Source: the human T2T-CHM13v2.0 reference genome, Homo sapiens
Assembly (NCBI RefSeq): GCF_009914755.1
Contig: NC_060938.1
Length of the DNA: 64,000 bases
Direction: 5' to 3' (one strand)
Under the pieces are notes generated by a model. The model was not told the DNA's origin, did not search any database, and was given only the letters and a program-made list of their open reading frames with translations. The position numbers were made by a program, and so were the translations under genes. Shown in pieces: positions 1 to 17,260 of the stretch; position 1 is the first letter of the stretch, and each line of letters starts with the position of its first letter.

Positions 1-3797
<3,797 letters not shown>

Positions 3798-3860
3798 TAT
3801 GTTGTTAGCTGGTTATTTTGCTCGTCAGTTGATGCAGTTTCTTCCTAGTCTCGATGGTCT

Positions 3861-4878
3861 TTACATTTTGGCATGATTTTGCAGCGGCTGGTACCAGTTG
3901 TTCCTTTCCATGTTTAGTGCTTCCTTCAGGAGCTCTTTTTAGGGCAGGCCTGGTGGTGACAAAATCTCTCAGCATTTGCTTGTCTGTGAAGTATTTTATT
4001 TCTCCTTCACTTATGAAGCTTAGTTTGGCTGGATATGAAATTCTGGGTTGAAAATTCTTTTCTTTAAGAATGTTGAATATTGGCCCCCACTCTCTTCTGG
4101 CTTGTAGAGTTTCTGCCGAGAGATCAGCTGTTAGTCTGATGGGCTTCCCTTTGAGGGTAACCCGACCTTTCTCTCTGGCTGCCCTTAACATTTTTTCCTT
4201 CATTTCAACTTTGGTGAATCTGACAATTATGTGTCTTGGGGTTGCTCTTCTCGAGGAGTATCTTTGTGGTGTTCCTTGTATTTCCTGAATTTGAATGTTG
4301 GCCTGCCTTGCTAGATTGGGGAAGTTCTCCTGGATAATATCCTGCAGAGTGTTTTCCAACTTGGTTCCATTCTCCCCATCATTTTCAGGTACACCAATCA
4401 GTCGTAGATTTGGTCTTTTCACATAGTCCCATATTTCTTGGAGGCTTTGCTCATTTCTTTTTATTCTTTTTTCTCTAAACTTCCCTTCTCGGTTCATTTC
4501 ATTCATTTCATCTTCCATCGCTGATACCCTTTCTTCCAGTTGATCGCATCAGCTCCTGAGGCTTCTGCATTCTTCATGTAGTTCTTGAGCCTTGGTTTTC
4601 AGCTCCACCAGCTCCTTTAAGCACTTCTCTGTATTGGTTATTCTAGTTATACATCCGTCTAAATTTTTTTCAAAGTTTTCAACTTCTTTGCCTTTGGTTT
4701 GAATGTCCTCCCATAGCTCAGAGTAATTTGATCATCTGAAGCCTTCTTCTCTCAACTCATCAAAGTCATTCTCCATCCAGCTTTGTTCCGTTGCTGGTGA
4801 GGAACTGCCTTCCTTTGGAGGAGGAGAGGCGCTCTGCTTTTTAGAGTTTCCAGATTTTCTGCTCTGTTTTTTCCCCAT
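3861..4878 (-). pseudogene. L1 ORF1 (RNA-binding ORF1p), disrupted
   Basis: ATG GGG AAA AAA CAG at 4878. In-frame TGA at 4549-4551 (CGA to TGA, CpG decay). An extra A in the run at 3936-3940 shifts the C-terminus (…RPALKRAPEG… instead of …RPALKELLKE…). The span is 1018 nt, i.e. 1017+1. Confidence 0.95.
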
Positions 4879-5783
4879 CTTTGTGGTTTTATCTACTTTT
4901 GGTCTTTGATGATGGTGATGTACAGATGGGTTTTTGGTGTGGATGTCCTTTCTGTTTGTTAGTTTTCCTTCTAACAGAGAGGACCCTCAGCTGCAGGTCT
5001 GTTGGAGTACCCGGCCGTGTGAGGTGTCAGTCTGCCCCTGCTGGGAGGTGCCTCCCAGTTAGGCTGCTCCGGGGTCAGGGGTCAGGGACCCACTTGAGGA
5101 GGCAGTCTGCCTGTTCTCAGATCTCCAGCTGCGTGCTGGGAGAACCACTGCTCTCTTCAAAGCTGTCAGACAGGGACATTTAAGTGTGCAGAGGTTACTG
5201 CTGTCTTTTTGTTTGTCTGTGCCCTGCCCCCAGAGGTGGAGCCTACAGAGGCAGGCAGGCCTCCTTGAGCTGTGGTGGGCTCCACCCAGTTCCAGCTTCC
5301 TGGCTGCTTTGTTTACCTAAGCAAGCCTGGGCAATGGCGGGCACCCCTCCCCCAGCCTCGCTGCCGCCTTGCAGTTTGATCTCAGACTACTGTGCTAGCA
5401 ATCAGCGAGACTCCGTGGGCATAGGACCCTCCGAGCCAGGTGTGGGATATAATCTCCTGGTGTGCTGTTTTTTAAGCCCGTCGGAAAAGCGCAGTATTTG
5501 GTTGGGAGTGACCCGATTTTCCAGGTGCCTTCTGTCACCCCTTTCTTTGACTAGGAAAGGGAACTCACTGACCCCTCGCACTTCCCAAGTGAGGCAATGC
5601 CTCGCCCTGCTTCGGCTCGCGCACGGTGCGCGCACCCACTGACCTGCGCCCACTGTCTGGCACTCCCTAGTGAGATGAACCCGGTACCTCAGATGGAAAT
5701 GCAGAAATCACCTGTCTTCTGTGTCACTCACGCTGGGAGCTGTAGACCAGAGCTGTTCCTATTCGGCCATCTTGGCTCCTCCC
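4879..5783 (-). promoter_or_regulatory. L1 5' UTR: internal sense promoter (minus strand) plus antisense promoter (plus strand)
   Basis: CpG-containing UTR. Intact YY1 site (CAAGATGGCCG, 5764-5774), RUNX-type site (~5685-5703) and SOX-type AACAA motifs (~5205-5214, ~5306-5317). Confidence 0.88.
5334..5642 (+). CDS. ORF0: L1 antisense ORF0, open, 102 aa (C-terminally extended form)
   Basis: GCAATGGCG start. The translation MAGTPPPASLPPCSLISDYCASNQRDSVGIGPSEPGVGYN… matches L1 ORF0. Splice donors CAG|GTGTGG (after 5439) and CAG|GTGCCT (after 5524). Expression is not shown. Confidence 0.7.
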   Translation: MAGTPPPASLPPCSLISDYCASNQRDSVGIGPSEPGVGYNLLVCCFLSPSEKRSIWLGVTRFSRCLLSPLSLTRKGNSLTPRTSQVRQCLALLRLAHGARTH

Positions 5784-6829
5784 GAGATGGATTTTACTAA
5801 TCATGTCTTACTAAACATAGTGGTTTTACTCTTCAAAATTATTCAGTCCCTATAGCTCAGACATAGGTAATCAGGCCAAAGTAAGTAACTTAAAAATGAT
5901 TTAACAAAGAAAAATATATCTTTGTCCATGACTCCAAAGCAAGGAGTCAATATCGTTAACTCAAGGAGTTCATTGGAGCCACCAATAAATTGTTCACTTC
6001 TTGATATATGGTGTTAGGGTCTTCTCTAGATGTGGTTTGGGTAAGTCCCAGAGACCTGCCAACCTGGGCACATCTACACTGGCAATCTCTTTGGTTCCAT
6101 CTCAGGCTATTGGAAAATCGAGGTCATTCTGCAAGGCATGGACTGTAAATTTCCAACTCCGAGTCTAAATGTGCACAGAGTGGTATGTGTATGTCTCCAG
6201 CCAGATTTCACTGCCACAGGAGGTGGGGGAATCAAAGGCAGGGGCTGGTCTTTAAAAGGCCTGGAGAAATTTATGACTCAATTTAAAACCACTTGTAGTT
6301 TATCGAAGCAAAGGAAATGGAATCGCGAGCTTCAGGGCAGGAGCAGATTTTCTTTAATAGTGAAAGAGGAGCCTGTCCTTTTATCTAGTCTTTCATGACA
6401 ACAGAACCTTTCCCCAAATCTCACAGATTTGGCAACAAAGCAATGATTAAGTAAAATTTATAAATGTCAAGACTGCCTTTTTCATCCTTGACGAATTGGA
6501 GGGTCCAAGAGCCTCCTGGGATGGCTCAATGGCAACAGAACAGTAGAAATACACAGCATAGGGGTACCCAAAGCTTTGGGTTTGGTCTCAAACTTGACCA
6601 TTTACCTATATAATCTTTGCCAAGCAACTAACTATTCTTTATGTAACAGATTGAGGGGAATGAAATAGAAGATCCCTCATCAAATGTTCATTAGTTATTT
6701 GATGGTGTACAGGAGTCCAGTTTGCAAGCCATATGAACAAGTACATTGAAGCACACTGGTAGATTTCTGTATGTATGACCTAGGCTCTGGGAGATAGATG
6801 TACCTGACCAGAATGGGTGCAATTAAGCG

Positions 6830-7250
6830 GTGTTTATAGCTGCTAGGAACAGAGACCTGACCAAAGTGGCTTAAACACACAGGATTTATTTCTTTCACAT
6901 ATTGTGAAGTCTGGAGGTAAATAGAGACTGGCCATGGCTCAACAGCACAAAGATATCACAACTGAGGTGTCTGTGATTTATTTGGACATTCCCTCATTGT
7001 TTCAAGATGGCTGCTGGAGCTCCAACAATTGCAATCTGAACTTCAGGCAACAGAAAGGGCAGCAGGGATAAAAAAAGGGCCTTATTGGAAGCCTCAATCA
7101 ATGACTTTTGCTTCCATCACATCTGCCACCCTTAAATGTAAAGGAGGTCGGAAAATTTAAGGTTTTTCCCTGCGAGGCATGTTTTTGACTCCAGTAATGT
7201 AGAGAGAAGGGGAAGGTGGATATTGGGTTGGAAACTAGCAGTTTATTTCT
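6830..7250. mobile_element. Ancient MaLR LTR (MLT1I/J/K-like)
   Basis: AGTGGCTTAAAC…ATTTATTTCT…GAAGTCTGGAGG and CAAGATGGCTGCTGGAGCTCC motifs; degenerate, boundaries approximate. Confidence 0.55.
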
Positions 7251-7844
7251 CAATATACAACCAACGATTTAGTAGTGTGGGAAAATATGAATATAGCTGT
7301 GAGGGACATGTAAACTGAACTTGTGTGCAATTTGATCAAACTTTTCTATGTCTTTATGCACTCATGACTTACTCCTCTTCTCTCTCCTTAGATTATTTAT
7401 CTAAAAAGCCCTTTTGTTCTCCTCAAGGTCAGGGGCCTTATTTGCTCACTGATTAGCAATGTACTTTGCCCATAGTAGGTCCTAAAAAAGACGCATTGAA
7501 TTGTTTGATGCATGGGAACTGAATTGGATGCTTGGCAATAGAAATGTTTATATAAATACTTACTATATGAAACAATTACTGATATTCTCAACTGTTTTAG
7601 ACTGAGAAAAAGGTTACCAGGGAGATGTGTCGTCTTAACACTTCTTCAAGACATATTATTCTGTGAGACACTGCTTGAATGAGGGAATAAAACTGAAGTT
7701 TCTTGCTTATCCTTCCACACCCATCTTAAGTGTCATGCATTCTTAAAACTTTCTTTTTTATGTAAAAAGAGAAGATTACTCTGCCAGCCAAACATGGTAC
7801 CTACCATGCACCATGCAAGTCAAAGAGAAGAATCTATTGGTGAT

Positions 7845-7990
7845 TTCTGATCCTGACTGCAAATCAGAATCACCAGAAGAACTGTTGTGAAATACAGATT
7901 CCCAGGGCTCTGCCCCAGCGATTCAGATCCAGAGTCTGTAATTTCATAAAGCACTCCAGATAATTAGGCTGTTCAGCCACACGTAGACAT
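7845..7990. mobile_element. MER5-type hAT DNA transposon fragment
   Basis: TCAGAATCACC…AAATACAGATTCCCAGG…CCCCAG motif typical of MER5A/B. Confidence 0.55.
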
Positions 7991-10039
7991 CTCTGGGGCA
8001 GAGTCCTCCCTTCTTTGTACCACGGCCATGGCTTCCCTTTGTAGCATTGATCACATGCTAGGTTAGCTTGCTCTCCTGTCTGCAACTCCACCAGACCCTG
8101 AAGGTGGGGCCATCTTCTCTCTTAGCATTCTCATCCACAGCCCAGTGTCTGAAGGCCTGATGCATAGTAGATTCTCTGTAATTATTTAAGATAATTCTGG
8201 TATTTAAGCAAATTGAAAGTACAATTATCCACCTCTACAGACTCCCAGGTGATGCTGAGAACACTAGCACAAAGAAGCTTGTCTTACCTACCAAGCAACT
8301 TGTCTTAACTTTGACCTCTGGGACAGAATATTCTATGGACGTGACCAAAAAGGAGTTTCTAACACACTGGGTGGTGAGTTACCTTGTGAAGCCTGAGCAT
8401 CTTCAACAGTACTTAATTGTCACCAAATAATACCTCTACAAATGGTTGTGATGCTGGTTACCTGTGGTGGTTATTAGGTTTATGAAATAATACATGTAAA
8501 GTGCTTAGCATGGTACCAGGAGCAAAACGATTACTCAATAAATGTTAGTTGATAATGGTGATAATTACAACTATAATTACAAGAGAAAACTTTGCTTACT
8601 AAAAGAAACTTAGGACATATAGAAAAGCATAATGAAGAAACCAAAAATTTACCTTTAATTGTGCCAGGCAAATCAATAGCCTTGTATTAGTATAATTTTT
8701 TCCAGGTTTTTTCCAAGCATCTATACTAACACATATTTTAAAAATATACATAGGATATATTAAAAGTTCATATGATTTCTAAATATTTTAATATTTTACT
8801 TTAAATGTATTATTTATATTACATATAAGTTATATATTAAATATTTTAAATATAAACAATATGGTATCTTTTACTACGACATAATATAAATAATGTATAT
8901 AACTAGGAATAAGTATACCCAATTTTGTATCAAGCAGCCGCATCCCTGGAGATGACTCTTTATGCCTTTCCCTGTTTCACTAGCTTCATCATTCTGGGGT
9001 CCTTTAGCCACTACCCTCTCTTCCACTGTCTAGAGAACCCTGCCCTTGCTCCACATAGGCCAGGCTGGGGTGGCAAGGCTGGACTGTTCTAATAGTGACA
9101 ATAATGGGTGTGTGAGCAGGAGGCCTGAACAGCCTGGTCCTGCTTGTGGGGTCTGCTGAGCTCTGGTCACTTTATGTTGCCAATGAGGGGACTCTTTCAC
9201 CTTCAAGCTGTGCTCATGTTCATTCACGGGCCTCCCTTCTGTGCCAATCAGAAAGATGACATGTGGCTGTCTCTCTTGGTTGCCACACGTTAAGCCTCAG
9301 CTCACAATGGGTACTTGGTCTGGAACTATCCTGGGCATTTGAAAGTGACATTGCTATTTCCTACAATCTAACACTTGTGAATAATTTCTAGCTGAAGGTA
9401 AAAATTTACATTTCAATGACCAGCAAGTTTTAGCACATTTAAGAAATTGGCCTGAGCCTTCCAGGCCTTATACACAGGTTTTGTTAATGAATTTGGCAGA
9501 GAGTAGTTGCATTCCTAGGCTAAGTATTAGAACAAAAAGGACCTGTTTTCCTACGTAATGAATTGCTGAGAAATTATTCAAAATTTGACTTAAAAAGCCT
9601 CTTGCCAGTGAGCTCAATTCTCTGAGCCATGAATTAGATAAAGGGCTTTTATAAACCCACAGAGGGAAACCCTCTGAGGATTTATGTGGGTGAGGAGAGA
9701 ATGTCTGTTCAATGCTACCATCTCCTCCCAAGTGCTTGTGCATGATGCAGAGGCTCAGGGACCTTGCATACAAACGCCAAGGCTGACTGGAGCCACTGCA
9801 ATGGTGGGCTCAGCAATGTTCATGCTGCACCCTGGCCCCAGACTCCCAGCTGCAGCTTCCACTGAAGTGTAGCAGAGTACTGCCTCTCCCCTGCCCCGGA
9901 GTCAGAGGCCACAGGGGAAAGAATGGTCAAGAGGACAGGGAAGGCCTCCTCCCCAGTCCCTAAAGACATTGTCCTTCCTAAAGGACAACATCTTCCTTAA
10001 AAAAACTCTTCCTAAATACTTTCCTAAAGATGTTGTCCT

Positions 10040-10346
10040 GGCCAGGCATGGTAGCTCACACCTGTAATTGCAGCACTCTGGGAGGCCGAGGCGGGAGGAT
10101 TGCTTGAGCCCGGGAGTTCGAGACCAGCCTGGTCAACATGGTGAAACCCAGTTTCTACTAAAAATAAAACAACAACAAAAAAAGCCAGGTGTGGTGGCGC
10201 ATGCCTGTAATCCCAGCTACTCAGGAGGCTGAGGTGGGAGGATCACTTGAAGCCAGGAGACAGAGGTTGCAGTCAGCCAAGATCTCACCACTGCAATCCA
10301 GCCTAGGTGACAGAGGAAGACCCTATAACCAAAAGAAAAAAAAAAA
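10040..10346 (+). mobile_element. AluJ
   Basis: GGCCAGGCATGG start, dimeric structure, J-type GGATTGCTTGAGCCC, A-tail. Confidence 0.92.
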
Positions 10347-10465
10347 GACGTTCCTGTCTCCATCCTCAACACTAATTCAGATAAGATCTGAAGATCTGAA
10401 CTTCTCATGACACCGAGGCTTTTAGCTCCTGAGTGTATATGAAAGAGTGTTTAAAGATGATTCCA

Positions 10466-10936
<471 letters not shown>

Positions 10937-13169
10937 TCACAGTCACACAGAGCTGTTCAATGCGTTGACATTTTCTCCCTGCCTACATTTTCCCTGATAA
11001 GAGATAAAAAGTCTATTTCTTGCCTTGTTTAACTTTGATTACCTATCAGCCTACCTGCCTTCCCTGACCCAGGTGTATCTCCGATTCAACTATGCCTCAT
11101 GCCCACTGTCCACTCCAACGGTGTATGCCCTTGGACTGCCAGCTTGGAGTTCTGGCCTGGCTCCCACTAACTACTTGGGCATGAGGACAACCTGGATATG
11201 ACATCTGTCAGCCCAGTGATGGCCAAGATAGTCTGGTGAAACCTACTTTGTTTGATTTCCAAGAGGTTCCAAAAACTATTTAGCAATCCCATGGAAGCAA
11301 TGAGTGATTTCCTCTCTAACCAGGGTTTACATGCTCTTTAAGAAGGAAATAAGCAAGGGGCAAGAGGGCTTTTTTTAACATCGGAGCCAGAAAGATACAA
11401 TGGGTGAGCATGTCCAGAAGTATTGCACCAGACTCCCCCAGTATAAAAACTATAAAAGCACAAAATTCCCTTCATGGATAGTCACTGGGCCTGGAGATGT
11501 CATCATTCTAGGTGTGAAAAACCCCATGTTTCTACTTCCAAGAGCTGTCTTCTCAAAGTTCAAGAAAGCATAGACCAAGAGCTCACATTGTTTCCTAGGA
11601 GCTAGAAAACAGATTGATATTAACAAGCGTTTTGGTGGATCCTGGAAGTGTGGCCTGGAAGCTGGTTGGCTCAGTTGATTAGAATCCTGCAGCAAGTGGA
11701 TTAAGTTTGCATCAGCAGATGGCCCAGCCAGCATTCTTCCCATTTGTGGATACATTCATTACCCCCCATTTTCTGTATGGTCACATTGGGACAGATGAAT
11801 GAGTGTTTATGTCATTCTTCCTTTAATCCAGTACATCTGTACTGAGTACAATCGCCAGCACTGGAGTAGGTGCTTCAAAATATAAAAATAAGTGTAAGTT
11901 TTTAAAGTAGTTGAAGATTGCTTCAAATTCATCATTTTGTTTTTCCTCTTCATTCTAAGGCTCTTGAAGCTGAAATCTTAAACTGGAAATCTCAGCCCTA
12001 AGTTTTCCAGCCATTGTGCGCCAAGTTAGCAAGGTATTAGCAGTTATACACTCTCCAGTTGTTGGAATCTGGGATTTGTCTGGCAACTGCATGCCCTTGA
12101 TCAAAGCCATGACCAACTGCCCAGTCATCATTGTGCTATTATTGCCTTTGTTTCTTGATTTGTACCTAAAGGTGCCTCCTGGACATGAAGTTTTTCTTTA
12201 AATACTAAACTACTTTTATGAGGTTTGGAGAGTTCGCCTAGCTTTTGCCAGTACCTATTCTTGAGGAATGAACACTGATCTCTCTGTAACCAGCACTACT
12301 GGGTGGAGTCCTAGACTACACTTGGGCCACCCCTTGACTCACATGCTGTCTTCTGCCTATGCCACTTCCACATCAGGAACACTTGGCTATTGATGCCATT
12401 TGGTCAGGGCTGAGCATAACATTTGCCATTTGGATGACTGGTGAACAGTCCCTCATGATCCACCTTCGGTCTTACCATGTCCTGGCTTCCTGTCTCTAAC
12501 TGACTCACACTGAGGTTTCTGCATAAATTGGAGCTGAAACTCTTAGGACATAAAAACTTATGCTAAGTGAATTCTACCATCCATTTTATGCTAGTTGTCA
12601 GTATTATTCCTTTCCCATATAGATAGAACCCAGTATTGTAATCTCTCAAAGCATTTCCTAAATCAGAGCTATTTCACTCTCTATGTCAGAATTCCTCAAA
12701 GCTTCCAAACCCAACCATCTCATCTGTTTAAAACAAAGAATTTTAAATCCCTCCATTTCTACATCGCTTTGGTCTTACCAAACATGCACCTCTAGGTTGA
12801 AAAGCCAGAACTTTAGAAGTTAGAAGAATGAGAAACTTATATAAATAACAGATACTTAATAATAAGTACTAGCTGTACTACAAATTAATTAGCAGTAAAA
12901 TGTAATTAGCTGAAAAATACAGTAAGATGAAAAGGGTGCGACCGAGAAAGCATCCAAAGATGTTGCATTTGTCACATGCAACATCTTGTCACATGCAACA
13001 TTTGTCACATGCAACAACAAATAATGTGACAGTAACACATTATTTGTCCTTCTGTTTTTTAAAGTTCTTGAATTGCCCATGGAAGATGCCTGTTGTCTTT
13101 TCTTTCTAAGTATGCTCTCTTCTGGTGATGATGAAATCACTCTTCTTTTTTTCTCATGCTCTGCTAATG

Positions 13170-13560
13170 TAGTACCCCTGGCTACAAGGGTGACATGTGG
13201 ACCAGGCCTTGCTAATCAGAACACTCCATTCCCCCAGCCACATGATTAGTTCAAGGATGAACATGTGACTTAAGCCAGACAAATCAGGGGCAGCCTATTT
13301 TTGGGGTATTAATGTTAACATTAAGGACTATGGGAACTTTTGTTTGTTAGGAGCTATTTTGTTCACCATACATAGAAACCCTGCTATCATGGAGGAAAGC
13401 AAGGTCATAAGATGCAACAAAACATATTTCTGATGATGCCACCTGACCTAGCCAAGCTTGAAGTTCCGTCTCATGAACTATTCAGTGGCATGAACACTTT
13501 GTGCTTTCCTTACATTAGCATGAGTTAAATGTCTCTCATTTTAAATCAAAACATTCCTGA
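13170..13560. mobile_element. Ancient ERVL/MaLR-class LTR fragment (LTR16/LTR33/MLT1-like)
   Basis: Repeated CATGTGAC…(C)AATCAG motifs typical of these LTRs; very degenerate. Confidence 0.45.
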
Positions 13561-14029
13561 CAACTATGGGTCTTCTCTTTAGGAATGATGAGGATTTAGT
13601 CAGGGACACAATGAAATTATGGGGGTAGAAAGTAGTGGGTGTTCCTGTACATACAAGGCAAGTAATATACAAGCCAAGCTCACAGCAGTTAACAGGGTTT
13701 AGCTTTTAAAAGTATTTCTTCTCTTTCAGAGGGAGATTGACATTTGAAAACAAAAGATGTATTTTACTCTAGAGGCCCAGATAGTTATGACATGAAACCA
13801 CAGTTTTCAAATATTGCTGGCTGAAGTCATTGGAAATTGCTGCATGATCAAACAAACTTGAGGGAAATCCAACTGTTTTTCAAGCATTTAGAACTAAAGT
13901 ACAATGAATCACATGACAAACCTCTCTGCCCTTCCACTTTGTCATGAAAATGCTAAGTGCTGAGACTTATCACATGAACGCATCATGATACATAATTTAT
14001 TTTAGGACCAGGGTAATTTGCAGGCACTA

Positions 14030-14480
14030 TCAATTGGCAGCATAGAACAGAAAAAAATGAGAGTAATAGTGGCTTGAACAGGACAGGAGATTGTGTCTAT
14101 CTCAAATGAAAGAAGTGTGGAAGCAGCCAGAGAAGAGCTGCTCTGGCAGCCTACTAAGTCATCAGAGACCCAGGTCCCTCCCAGCTCTCCCCTCTGCCCT
14201 CCCTGGGGCTCTGAGATGTCTTCTTGAACTCCAGCCTCATATTTTTGCTCTAGGCAGCTAGACAGATGTAGGGACCAAGAGCATGACCCTCCCTTTTTGG
14301 AAACTTCCCAGAAGTCACATGGAACTCTATGGCCAAACTTAGTTACATGGTCACTGCCAACTACTTTATGGCTTGGTGAAGGTAGTCTTTCAATTGGGTG
14401 GCAATGTGCCCAGGTAAAGAGCAGGGATCATATTACGTAGAAAAAGGACAGAATGGATGTTTAGGGGTAACTAGTAGTCT
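14030..14480. mobile_element. Ancient MLT1 LTR
   Basis: ATAGTGGCTTGAAC…GAAGTGTGGAAGCAG…GTCATCAGAGACCCAGG…GGCCAAACTTAGTTACATGG motifs. Confidence 0.55.
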
Positions 14481-16904
14481 GTGTGTGTTGGGAGGGGTAT
14501 GTAACAGGGTGGAAGCAAGAATTCAGGGATCCTGAATCTTTTGAGGGTAACAGATATCAGTGCTTCCTAAACTTCGTATGTTTGAGAGGAAGCTATCGAA
14601 TTGTTCATCATGGTGAATACTTGGTCTCTTACTTCTTTGAAAAACTTTGTGTTCCAGCTTTCTCTGCTTTGTCTCTCGTAAAAATCAAGTTCCAAAAATG
14701 CACACAGTAGACATTTCCATTACCCACGGCTTTTTATTCATTGTATCAGCTAGGCTATTCACATGTTTGCTGATAGTGGCTGTAAGTCAAGATTTTAATA
14801 ATAAAAATGAAATATGAATATGTTATTTTCTCTCTTACTATGCATATCTTCTAGTTCTTCCCTCTGAAAAATGAAAGCAAAACAATCATAGCTCTTAGAT
14901 TCAATAAAAATTCATTTGGTTTAAACCTTTAGATGATGACAGAAAGAAGAATACTGCAGTTTGGAGGAGGTAGACTGAAAGTTCTTTCTCAAACGTTCAT
15001 TGTTTATCAACTCCCACTGCCTCCTCCCTACCTCTCTGCAGCCTTCCAAAATTTAAAAGGCCCTTTATGGGGCAGGCTGGGGAGTCTCTGCATGGAACTG
15101 TGTATGGATTCTAGTCTGTGTCTGTTTGGTTGATTGATTGGTGAGTAGGTGAGTTGATTGGTGAAATAAAGAAGGATTAAAGAGTGTATAGAGACCTCCA
15201 GTCATAATGTCACATATGTTTATACTTTGATGTACTCATGCAAAACACATGGCAAAAATGGGTTTATTAATGTGAACTGTATAAGACTGCTGATATTTTA
15301 TCATTTTACCAAGAAACTAGCAATTTCATATGGTCCAGTCTGGTAATGTAAAGAGAGAAAGAAAAGCAAAATGACATAGGATCAAAAATAAAACAAACAT
15401 AACTTAAGATTTGGGAAAGAATCACTAAGTGATGAAAGGGGCTGAAACCACTGGTATATATGGGATCTTGAACTCAGACAGTGGTATATAGGAGTTTGGC
15501 TCTTGTAGGGTAATGAAGACTCAACATGCTCTGTGTGAGATTTCTGAAGCTCACTGCTTGAATTAGTGGAGCCACCCTGATCCTAAGAGGAGTCTGAAAA
15601 AAGCTACTTCAAACTGTTGTCTGGGGCAAGGCTCTTCACATGATACAGGTCTAGGAAAATAGGAAGAACCAGATATAATCTCGCAACCTGGAGACAAACT
15701 AAGCCACTGGCTGGCTAGATGAATCTGCATGTCACCAATATCACATCAAGGCAGGAAAACTGAACTTCTGTTATGTTGCCAGATCTGGAAGCTAACTAAT
15801 GACATCCATAAAACCACTGCACAAGGATAATTGCGCATAGGGGGAGAAAGAGAATGAAAAACACTGAAAATTGACCTGCAAACTCAAAATGCAAAACATG
15901 CAAAGAAATTTAATGCTAACAAAGATGACAACTTTGAATCTTTAACATGAATTTATTTTAGAGGAAATGAATCTTTTAATAAAAGTTTTATATTAAGCCA
16001 TAAAACAAAACTAAAGATAAACTAAGAATGAGAAAATAATTAGAAATTTTCAAAATTAGAAAAATAGTCATTGAAATAAAAATTTAATAGATGTCGCTTA
16101 CTTTAGATTGGAATGAATGAAGAGACAATAAATGAATAGGTAATTTGTACAGGACATAACACAGAGAGACAAAGAGTTTAAAATTATGGCTGAACTGTTA
16201 AAAGATACAGGATAAATGAAAAATCTCCAACATATATCTAATATAAATGCTAGAAAAAGAGATGTGAAAGAATAATAAAGAGTAATTATGTGAAGAGACA
16301 ATAACTTTAACTTCTAGTTAAGAAAGCATTTATTACTGCTTCCTACCAAGATTTTACTAACATGACAGTAAAAATATCACAAATAAATCGATTAAGTTAT
16401 AGCTAGGAGAAATGAAAACAGATCCAAAACTTAAGCTTGAAAATAAATGAATAAATTATAGCAGATTTGGTGAATGAGAGCTTAAGCCAAATCCACAAAG
16501 GGAGAAGTCAACAGTAACCAACATGATTTATACTTCAAAAAACAAGAATGGTTCAGAAATTGGAGACTTGGATATATCTAACAGGAAAATTGGTTGAAAG
16601 TCTTTATTGAAGAAGCAGTGAACTACCCAGATCTCCTTTTTCACCAGGTCCAGCCAAGTCAAGTCACCACCCCTCCTCACTCTCTGGGAAAAGACTGGAG
16701 TTTTGTTTGTTGAAGAAGTTATAGTGAGGGACTCTGGAATCAGGGAAAACAGGAACAGATGAAATGACTTAATTCTATTCAGTACAATTACAAGTACTGA
16801 AGAAAATGTGTTTCTAGATTACCAGGGCCCACCAAATTCTCCCGCAAAAGAAAAAGACCCACACCAATGTATGTTATTTTGAAATTCCAAGTCCCTGGAG
16901 ATTA

Positions 16905-17169
<265 letters not shown>

Positions 17170-17260
17170 TTATTTATAAAAGTTCAAGCACAAAATATCA
17201 AGAATAAGAAATGTAAGCTGCCCAACAGCAAATTCTGAGAAAATTTTTTAGTCTAGAATT

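Noticed and set aside
12968-13016. Short direct repeats as a CRISPR-like array or p53 response element
   Set aside because: The repeats are contiguous with no spacers and the DNA is primate. The flanks of the CATG cores do not fit RRRCWWGYYY.
14933-15154. Possible + strand exon ending at tandem GTGAGT donors
   Set aside because: The acceptor's pyrimidine tract is weak and the donors lie in a TGATTGGTGAGT simple-repeat-like patch. Too weak to report without RNA data.
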